NCBI RefSeq assembly: GCF_006345805.1
Contig: NC_043003.1
Location: forward strand, 92,318,001-92,382,000
From: Octopus sinensis
Lineage: Eukaryota
Reading direction: 5' to 3'
Length of the DNA: 64,000 nucleotides
The position numbers and the translations under genes are program-made. Shown in pieces: positions 1-9,279 of the stretch (position 1 is the first letter of the stretch; every line of letters begins with the position of its first letter). Below the pieces are notes generated by a model. It was not told the DNA's origin. It saw only the letters and a list, made by a program, of their open reading frames with translations, and ran no database searches.

Positions 1-2776
1 CCTTTGACGAAATAGAAGGGGATATAGCTTCACATGGTATAGAAGTCAACTGGAGGTTCCTACAGGACAACCTGCTAAGGGCCACCGACCAGATCTGTGG
101 ATGGTGCAAAGTCCCCTCCCGACCCAAAATAACGTGGTGGTTGAACAATGTTGTTGACAGGGCTATTAGACAAAAGAAACAGGCTTGGAAGGACTGGAAG
201 AACGGTGGTAGCAGGGAAGTGTATCAGACTGCCAGAAGGGAAGCTAGGAGGCAGGTATATTTAGCCAGAGGGGAAGCAGATAAGAAAAGGTTTGCCAAAG
301 TTCTGCGCCGTGAGGACGAAAGATTTGAGGTATTTCGTGTTGCAAGATAGTGTGTGAGAGAGAATCGTGATGTGGTAGGAGAGAAATGTGTTCGCATGGA
401 TGATGGTTCACTTGCGCTGAATGAGGATGCAAAGAGAGAGGTTTGGCGACACCACTATGAAAGGTTGCTGAATAAGGAAAATGAGAGTCTGCCGAACGTC
501 GACCCAACAGAGGGACCAGCTATCTGAGTTGACAGTTCCTAGGTAGTTAAGGCAATTAGAAGCATGAAAACAGGGAAAGCCCCAGGCCCATCAGGAATTA
601 CTGCAGAGATGCTCAAAATATCTGGCAATGTCGGCTATAGCCTAGTCACCCGTATAGTTAACCAGGTGATACATGAAGGAGTCATACCCAATAACTGATG
701 TAGCAGCATAATAGTCAACTGCTACAAAAGTAAAGGTGACGCTTTAGATACAAATAATTACAGAGGTATCAAGCTGTTGAATCAGGTAATGAAGGTTACG
801 GAGAGGGTCATAGCCCAACTGATTAGGGAGAGAGTCAGCTTGGATGAGATGCAGTTTGGTTTCGTGCCAGGGGAAAAGCACCACTGATGCCATATTTCTG
901 GTAAGACAGCTGCAGGAGAAATACCTAGCCTAAGATAAACCTCTGTACCTGGCTTTTGTTGACATGGAGAAAGCCTTTGACAGGGTCCCCCGATCCCTTA
1001 TCTAGTGGTCAATGAGGAAACTAGGGATAGATGAATGGTTAGTGAGAGCTGTGCAAAGCATGTACAGGGACGCTGTAAGTAAGGTGAGGGTTGGCAACGA
1101 GTACACTGAAGAATTCAAGGTAGACGTAGGGGTCCACCAAGGTTCAGTTCTCAGCCCCCTCCTATTTATCATAGTCATCCAAGCAATAACGGGGGAATTC
1201 AAGACAGGATGCCCCTGGGAGCTCCTCTATGCTGATGACCTTGCTCTAATTGCTGAGTCACCATCAGAACTAGAGGCGAAGTTTCAAGTGTGGAAACAAT
1301 GATTAGAATCGAAGGTCCTTAGAATCAACCTAGCTAAAACCAGAGTCTTAATATGTAGGGAGGCAGGCAAACCAAAAATCCCTTCAGGTAGATGGTCCTG
1401 CTCAATCTGTAGTAGAGGTGTAGGTAGAAACTCTATAAGATGCACCCAGTGTAAGCTATGGACACATAAGAGGTGAAGTAACATCAAAGGGAGGCTAACG
1501 GGGGAGATAGTTTTTGTCTGTGGCAGATGCTCAGGAGCAATAAACACTGAAAATGCGCAGAGAACAACTTCCACCACATTCCAGGGAGAAAAACTAGAAG
1601 TGGTTGATAGCTTCCGTTACCTAGATGACCAAAGCAGTAGCAGGGGAGGGTGCACTGAAAGTGTAGCTGCTAGAATAAGAATAGTCTGGGCAAAGTTCAG
1701 AGAGCTCTTACTTCTGCTGGCGACAAAGGGCCTTTCACTCAGTGTAAAAGGTAGACTACGACGCTTGTGTACGAACAGCCATGCAACATGGCAGTGAAAT
1801 ATGGGCTGTGACTGCTGAGGACATGCGTAAGCTCGCGAGGAATGAAGCCAGTACGATCCGATAGATGTATAATGTCAGTGTGCACACTCGACAGAGTGTA
1901 GGTACCTTGAGAGAAAAGTTGGACCTAAGAAGCATCAGATGTGGTGTGCAAGAGAGACAACTGCGCTGGCATGGTCATGTGGCAAGAATGGACGAGGACA
2001 GCTGTGTGAAAAAGTGCCACACCCTAACGTTTTAGGGAACCTGTGGAAGAGGTAGACCCAGGAAGATCTGGGATGAAGTGGTGAAGCACGACCTTCGAAC
2101 TTTAGGCCTCACCAAGGCAATGACTAGTGACCGAGACCTTTGGAAATATGCCGTGCGTGAGAAGACCAGGCAAGCCAAATGAAACCATAATCTCATGGCC
2201 TATGCCAGGGGTGTAACCAGCCCGCTTATGCGTACCTTTTCCTCCTTTGGACACTAAAACTCTGCTTGCGAAGACCTGTTGAGGCAAGTGAAATCAATCA
2301 ACCAATCAAAAGCAAAAATCAAATTCGATGACTGGCGTCCGTGCTAGCAGGGTGCAAAGAGCACCATACGAGCGTGATTATTGACAGCGGCTAACCGACT
2401 TCCGTACCAGTGGCACTTAAAGGGCACTATTCGAGCGTGATCGTTACCAGCGTCGCCTTATTGGCACTCGTGCTCGTGCTAGTAGGGTGCCAAGAGCACT
2501 ATCCGAGCGTGATCATTACAAACATCGCCTTCTGGCACCTGTGCTGGTGGCATGTATAAAAGGATTCGGGCGAGGTCGTTGCCAGTACCGCCTGACTGGC
2601 CCCCGTGCCGGTGGCACGTAAATGCACCCACTACACTCTCGGAGTGGTTGGCGTTAGGAAGGGCATCCAGCTGTAGAAACTCTGCCAAATCAAGACTGGA
2701 GTCTGGTGCAGCCATCTGGTTCGTCCAACCCATGCTAGCATGGAAAGCGGACGTTAAACGATGATGATGATGATGA

Positions 2777-2779
<3 letters not shown>
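1..2779 (+). mobile_element. RTE-clade LINE, 3' half (RT domain, C-terminus, repetitive 3'UTR, (GAT)n tail); disabled; continues off the left edge
   Basis: Frame-broken RT motifs DMEKAFDRVP, GVHQGSVLSPLLF, LLYADDL and an RTE-type C-terminus (GHVARM...GRGRPRKIWDEVVKHDL), with stop at 2180-2182. The 3'UTR has several diverged ~60-75 bp units, then ccaacccatgctagcatggaaagcggacgttaaac(gat)n. Confidence 0.92.
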
Positions 2780-2815
<36 letters not shown>

Positions 2816-2816
<1 letters not shown>

Positions 2817-3665
2817 CCCGAAATTGCGAAGATGATCCGGTTCTTGACTGAAGATTGAAGGCTTCGAATATCCCGTCCGTGTTTTTTGTGTCGTCTTCTA
2901 AATGTTTCACGTTCACTTTTACATATGTACATAAGCGGCTACGTACCACTTTTTGACCCTATACGTAAGTATATATTCTTTAACACATGGTACGACTCTA
3001 CAACACTGTCTCTCTCCCCCCTCTCCTACATTTCTCTGCCTTTACACTTTGCACTCCACTTGATCTGTCTCTTTCTCCCTCTCTCTTCTCCTCCTCCCTT
3101 GTTCCTTGTTCCCCTTCTTTCTTTCTCTCTTCATCTGTCCCCCCTCTCCCACATTTCTCTGCCTCTCGTTCCTTGTTCCCCTTCTTTCTCTCTTCATCTG
3201 TCCCTCTTTTTCCTCTTTCTTTCCCTCACGTGACCAACCAACGACTGCTGTCCTTTCGCGTCCAGCAGTCATTATGGCAAAACACAGTTGTTTGTCTCTC
3301 TGTGGCCTTAAGGTACTCTTCTAACGCCAGCTCAAAACTTTACTCGTCCTGGCGAAAAGACGCTTGTCCTTGACGTCCTGGTTTTGTTATTATTATCATT
3401 ATTGTTTTTACGCATTTTTGTATTTTTATTCGTGTATCATCGTCCGTTTTCCGTCCTTGTTTTGTATACATTCGAAGCTTTCTTCCAAGGGATCTAATGC
3501 GCTTGGCTTAGATTTTCCTTTGGAGCTGCCCAGGTAGGAGCAATCTCAAGATTAATCAGCCGAAATTGCGAAGATGATCCGGTTCTTGAATGAAGATTGA
3601 AGGCTTCGAATGTCCCGTCCGTGTTTTTTGTGTCGTCTTCTAAATGTTTCACGTTCTTGTCCCAG
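2816..3665. mobile_element. Non-autonomous repeat with a partial direct terminal repeat (PLE-like architecture)
   Basis: About 97 bp (agccgaaattgcgaagatgatcc...ttcacgttc) occurs at 2816-2912 and again at 3558-3657 in direct orientation, around a CT-rich body. A diverged homologue lies at ~53930-54595. PLE assignment is inference. Confidence 0.5.
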
Positions 3666-3722
3666 TTTGTATATTTTTTTAATTTTACACACACACACAC
3701 ACCACACACACACATATATATA

Positions 3723-4250
3723 TCTCTTATTATAAAAGGCAGATTTTATCTGCCTCCCTTTGGGAGTTATACAAATCTACAATATAGGATTTCTTCAATT
3801 ACAATTTACCTTGCATTTTTAAGAGTACAATGCATCGCGTCATGCCAGGTCCAGTTTTTAAAATTTAAACTCCAATTAAGCAAAATTTACAGAAAACTCA
3901 CATTCTGGTGTGTGTGTCAAATGCTTTTCTTAGTCTGGTTTACAGCACACGCAAACGCACACACACAGTGGGCAACGAATAAAATGAAAGTAATTGACTT
4001 ACTGTAGTGAGTGATTCTTTCACTCTGCCTCCCACTTCCTCTTTCAACACATAGACACGCAAATATATAAATAAAATTGTAAGCTAACGTGCGTGTGTGT
4101 GAGTGGGTGTGTGTGGGCGTGTGTGTGAGTGGGTGTGTGTGGGTGTGCGCGCGTGTGTGTGTGTGAGGGTGCGTGTGTGTGTGTGTGCGTGTGCGTGAGT
4201 GTGTGATAGGAAAGTTTTTTACGACGAATATAACACCTATATCCAAGTAG
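3723..4250 (+). mobile_element. Probable non-autonomous Helitron 5' portion
   Basis: Starts A^TCTCTTATTATAAAA and shares ttatacaaatc-acaat with the Helitron at 41669. No 3' hairpin or CTAG found, so the right boundary is a guess. Confidence 0.4.
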
Positions 4251-4256
4251 CAGAAA

Positions 4257-4736
4257 GATAAGACAGTAAGGTGTGATTTGAGGGAGATTTGGCTGCTATT
4301 TCTACCATGTCTAGCTGCCATGTAGGGGTCTCCCTCATAGGCTCATACATACATATATACATAGATAAGACAGTAAGGTGTGATTTGGGGGAAATTTGGC
4401 TGCTATTTCTACCAGGTCTAGCTGCCATGTAGGGGTCTCCCTCATAGGCTCATACATACATATATACATAGATAAGACAGTAAGGTGTGATTTGGGGGAA
4501 ATTTGGCTGCTATTTCTACCAGGTCTAGCTGCCATGTAGGGGTCTCCCTCATAGGCTCATACATACATATATACATAGATAAGACAGTAAGGTGTGATTT
4601 GGGGGAAATTTGGCTGCTATTTCTACCAGGTCTAGCTACCATGTAGAGGTCCCCCTCATTGGCTCATATATATATACATACATAAGACAGTAAGGTGTGA
4701 TTTGAGGGAGATTTGGCTGCTGTTTCTACCAGGTCT
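4257..4736. repeat. 107-bp minisatellite, ~4.5 units
   Basis: Unit gataagacagtaaggtgtgatttgggggaaatttggctgctatttctacc...catacatacatatatacata starts at 4257, 4364, 4471, 4578 and ~4680. Confidence 0.95.
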
Positions 4737-4814
4737 GTTAGGCCTTCTCATGTAAACTCAAGCTTTCTCATGCCTTGAACATAAGACCAAAGCAGAGAAT
4801 GTATTCTTTTATTC

Positions 4815-5030
4815 TTCTGCTTTTTCCAGCCATTGGTCTGTGGCCATGCTGGGGCAATGCCTTGAAGAATTGTAGTTTAATGAATCAACTCCAGTTTTAT
4901 TTTTGTAAGCATTGTACTTATTCTATCTGTTTCCTTTGTCAAACCACTAGGTGACAGGGATGTAAACAAACCAACATTCGTTGTCAAGCAGTGGTGGAGG
5001 ACAATCACAAGCACAGACACGCACACACAC
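4815..5030 (-). mobile_element. tRNA-derived SINE family A, 3' half
   Basis: Matches the reverse complement of the 3' half of the full copies at 37201 and 57301. Confidence 0.75.
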
Positions 5031-5103
5031 ACACACATACATGCATACACATATACACACATACATACATACATACATATATATATATGTGTGTATATAT
5101 ATA

Positions 5104-5362
5104 TTGCAGCCTGGAAGGTGTTTCTAAGCCATTTAAGAAACACACAAAAACCGTTACATTCACTTCAACATTTAAATTTAATTTGCCAAAACATTTTCGT
5201 CGCTTTGAGACCGCGACCTGTTCACTGACAAAAATATCGTGCTAACAGGTCGCGGTCTCAAAGCGACGAAAATATTTTGACAAATTAAATCTAAATGTTG
5301 AAGTGAATCTAACGGTTTTTGTGTGTTTCTTAAATGGCTTATAAACACCTTCAACGCTGCAA
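5104..5362. repeat. Fold-back inverted repeat: ~119-bp arms (5104-5222, 5244-5362), 21-nt spacer
   Basis: The arms are near-perfect reverse complements. A single unfolded arm of the same family is at ~62705-62835. Confidence 0.95.
5182..5232 (-). ncRNA. Minimal type I hammerhead-like motif with a G3-C8 swapped core
   Basis: Minus strand reads UUUGUCA-GUGAACA-G-GUCGC(ggucucaaa)GCGAC-GAAA-AUGU-U-U-UGGCAAA: stem I 7 bp, stem II 5 bp, GAAA, minimal stem III. Confidence 0.55.
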
Positions 5363-5522
5363 CTGTTTTCGTTCCAGCACACGATCTCAGATCAAGTCAC
5401 TTGCTATGCAAGTACATCTCTGTAACTATATATATATTTATATATATATATATGTATATTGGTAAAAACAGTAAGATAACAAAAGAAAGAAAGAGACCTC
5501 AATATTATGTAAATAGAGGAAA

Positions 5523-5916
5523 TCTTTATATATAAAAGTGAGGTTGTGTGTCTGTCTCCTACGATTTAGATTCCTAACTACTCCCACATTTTGCGGTGCA
5601 GTTTAACCAAAACCGGGTATCTTATAGTCATGATTCATATCGAGACCGTCTGGGTATTAGCGCGCGTCTACGATGAGTCTACGATTTAAAAAAAATTTAC
5701 CATCAATTTTTCCCATTTTTAATCCATTTTTGACATATATAAGGGAAGTAACTCTCTAAAATTTATTATTAAATGTCAGAACGTAAAAAGCTACAGTAAC
5801 ACCCCTCCCCCTTTGTGGTTAGCCATATTGAGATGGCTATTATACTTTACATCTCTAAAAATGCTTATATAATTATTTCCCTTACAAACCCGAGCAACGC
5901 CGGGCGATACTGCTAG
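5523..5916 (+). mobile_element. Non-autonomous Helitron, copy 1
   Basis: A^TC 5' end, 3' hairpin CCCG-agcaacgc-CGGG, terminal CTAG^T. Homologous to copies at 5996, 34072 and 58473. Confidence 0.85.
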
Positions 5917-5930
5917 TATATATATATATA

Positions 5931-7048
5931 TGAGAGTAATCCCAAAAGTAAGGTCTCGAAAAATATTTAGAAATCACAGAAACTTTTATTGTCAACTAGC
6001 AGTATCGCCCAGCGTTGCTCGGGTTTGTAAGGGAAATAACTATATAAGCATTTTTAGAGAGTTACTTCCCTTATATAACCCGAGCAAAAATGCGGGAAAA
6101 TGATGGTAAATTTTTTTTTAAATCGTAGACTCATCGTAGACGCGCGCTAATACCCAGAAGGTGTAAGATACCCGCTTTTGGTTAAACTGCACCGCAAATG
6201 TGGGAGTAGTTAGGAATCTAAATCGGAGGAGACAGAGTCTCACACACACAACTTCACTTTTATATATAAAGATAACGTTTATGTCATTTTAAAGTTTGAA
6301 CATTTATCTATTTTTCCACATAATTGCCATTTCGGTCGATGCATTTTTGTAGGTGCTGGGGCGGTTTTTTGTATACCCATGTCATACTAGCTTCGATGAG
6401 GAGGTGTTGGACCTCATCTTTTACCTCGTCCTTATTGCTGAAGCGCGTTGCGGCCAAATGTTCTTTCAACTTAGGGAACAGGTGGTAGTCACTAGGTACC
6501 ATGTCCGGACTATAAGGTGGCTTACCGTTTATGGTTTCTCTGAGCATTCGTAGGCCCCATCTTGCACACACCTTCCAATATTACAACTTTTCACTAAAAC
6601 CCTATGTATGGTGCTTCGGAAAACCTCAGGAACCAAAATGCGTAGATCACCAAAAGTGATCTGACTATTTTCACACAGGATTTGCTCGACCTTCGTCACT
6701 GTCTCGTCAGAAATTTATGGTCGTCCGCTTCTCTCCATATACCACTTGTGGACGTTTTTGACATCCATGCATGACTCGCCAAACACTTTCGTTAATTGGT
6801 GATGAATTTCAATCGGTTTACTGCCTCTTGCGTTCAAAAACCGAATAATTGCGCAAAGTTCACACTTGGCAGTGGCGTCAATCAGGAGCGCCATCAGATA
6901 CGACTGCCAAGCAAGGACTGGGCGTGAAAGCGAGGCGCGAGGCGCGAGCAGGCACGCACAACAAACACAACAGTGTTGTCAATAACCGGACGCACAGTCT
7001 GCCTGCGTCCCCAGTGCTTTGGAGCCCTTACTTTTGGGATTACTCTCG
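5931..7048 (-). mobile_element. Internally deleted mariner (Tc1/mariner) transposon
   Basis: TA-flanked ~27-bp TIRs (gagagtaatcccaaaagtaagg / ccttacttttgggattactctcg). N-terminal HTH from ATG 6894 (MALLIDATAKCELCAIIRFLNARG), WVP-like CARWGLRML joined directly to PPYSPDMVPSDYHLF, so the catalytic core is deleted. Confidence 0.9.
5996..6272 (-). mobile_element. Non-autonomous Helitron, copy 2, nested just inside the mariner TIR
   Basis: Reverse complement of copy 1, with TC...CTAG termini between A and T. Confidence 0.85.
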
Positions 7049-7196
7049 TATGGACATATATATATATAGAACGTTAGCTCCTACACGCATATTTTTCTCT
7101 TCTTGTTTCTTTTCTATTCCTGAGCGTCATACTAATACATTCGTTTGTTTATACTCCACCTGCCTTCGTCTTTTGTTTATTTTCGTAAACATCCCG

Positions 7197-7241
<45 letters not shown>

Positions 7242-7371
7242 TAGGTCAAACTAAAGCGTTTGATCCGGTCATGAAAACAAAAAAAAAATAGTGTAACAGG
7301 TGTAAAACAACTTCCTCTAAACGAATATGACAAAAAAATGCGCACCCGCGAAAGGGGGTGGGGGAGAGGAC

Positions 7372-8303
7372 TCGTAAGCCTCAATAGTCTTACCTACTTC
7401 GCGTAGGCGTGCTACTGTGGTTACACTGATAGTGATATCATCCACAAAAGCTGTAACAAACTCCTCTAGTCCTGGTTCTCTCGGGATGCCACTCAACCAT
7501 CGCAGTAATGACTCGAGAGCCATCACATACAAAAGTGGTGAAAGCGGACATCCTTGACGAACCGAGCGTTTGATGCAGAACGGCTTCGAAAGGAAACTGT
7601 TCACCCGAACTATCGAGTCAATGTTGTGGTACAAAGCGATAAACTACCTGAGAAAGCCAAGACCCAGGCCAAACCGCGCAAGCACAGTCGCTAGGTATCG
7701 ATGGTCAACCCTATCAAAAGCTTTAGACTGGTCCAAATGTACCAATGCCCCACCTTTGCCAGATTTATTACCAACCCTCTCTATGGTATAGCGAATAAGA
7801 TGGAGGGTATCCTGAATGGTTCTGCCTGGGATGGCACATGTCTGTGCCTCCCCAACTATACCATTCGCGACACGCGTCAACCTTTTTGCTAGAACCTTGG
7901 CCAAAATCTTCACTTCTGCGTTTAACAGAGTGATGGGCCTAAAATTCTCTAGAACGTCCCCCTTGTCCGGGTCCTTTCTGACCAACGTCACTACTCCCCG
8001 GCGCACAGATCTGGGGATAAACCCATTCTGTTGTCAGTTCACGTACACGTCAGCCAGTAGTTGCCCGAACAAGTCTGGCATACATTTATACAGCTCGTAC
8101 GAAGACCATCAAGTCCCGGCGACTTATCCGCTTTACAATCGGCCAAAGCCTCCATCACCTTCTCAGGCGTGATCGGCCCTTCGCAAGACTCCGCATCCGA
8201 CCCCGAGAGGCACGGCAGCCCGGCACGAAAGTTCTCGAGGGCTCTCCCACCACTAGGACCACCGTCATCCCCGAACAGCTGGGCGAAGTACTCCCGAAAC
8301 AAC
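7372..8303 (-). mobile_element. Tx1/L1-clade RT fragment (frameshifted), inverted relative to the adjacent element
   Basis: KSPGLDGL, NFRPITLLNAEVKIL, LDQSKAFDRVDH, RQGCPLSPLLY and FVDD motifs across ORFs 8039-8305, 7644-8006 and 7317-7634. Confidence 0.9.
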
Positions 8304-9239
8304 AAGAGAAAAAATACCCACCACTATAGAACTGCCAGGAGGCTACAAACTTCATGTAGTGGTAGAGAGCAGGCGACCACGTTGCTATTTGTGTGGAACA
8401 AAACACACTTGAAAAAGACGTGCCCAACCACTCCACACCAAGAGCAACAACAACAACCACTACCACAACACACCTACAAAAAAGTTCTACTACTCACACC
8501 ACCATCAACTCAGAAGACGACAAGCGAAGCACACCAAGCTAAGCCGTCAACAACCAAAAATTACTTAACACCTGAGAAAATACCAACACCACCAACAACA
8601 GTAAGAACCAAAGGAACAGAAAAACAAAGAAAATATACAAAAACTTATTCCCCATCCCTTATACCGCACTCACCACACACAAACACTCAACAACCAACAG
8701 CACAACCACTTACACAGACATACATAGAAGCCTACAACATACCCCTACCCCCTACTGATTCCTCAGAAAATTCGTCGGAAGACGAAACCAGTGAGGAATG
8801 GCAAATAGCTAGGAAAAGAGGGAAAATAAAGAGCAGAAACACAACCAAACCAAATGCAAACACAAACAAAGCAGGGGGAAATACATCTCCTGAAGACATT
8901 TCAAAACCCAACACAAACAACAGCCACACCAACACCACAAAAATATATACAGCAAACATGCTCACAGCTATAGACACCAAAAACACAAATTTGATGGAAT
9001 ACATCAAATCAAAAACAAACATAACAGAAGATGACATAAAAACAAACAATCACCCATACACAACACCACCAGACCACATCAAAATATTACACATCTCCAA
9101 AAGTCTCCACCACACACTCAAAGGCATTTCCCCAGTGCGGTTGGTAAATGCCAAAAATATCTCACAAAGAAACTGTACTGGGATCTCCTCGAGGACAAAC
9201 CAAAGGAGGAGAAAGCAAAAACTTTCGAGCATTAAGTAA
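8304..9239 (+). mobile_element. 5'-truncated Tx1-type ORF1 (gag-like zinc knuckle, low-complexity tail)
   Basis: IPTTIELPGGYKLHVVVESRRPRCYLCGT in one frame and KTHLKKTCP in another. A CX2CX4HX4C knuckle spans 8383-8423 (41 nt instead of 42, i.e. a 1-nt deletion). It abuts ORF2 across a 40-nt spacer. Confidence 0.75.
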
Positions 9240-9279
9240 CCCTCTGTTCCTTTCACTTGTATTCTAATTCATTAGGAGT

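Noticed and set aside
2836-2885. Hammerhead in the 2816/3558 repeat (CTGAAGA...cttc-GAAT...GTC)
   Set aside because: GAAT replaces GAAA, no stem I can form around the core, and the 3558 copy lacks C3.
4257-4736. CRISPR-like array
   Set aside because: The units are head-to-tail repeats with no unique spacers, no cas genes are present, and the context is eukaryotic.
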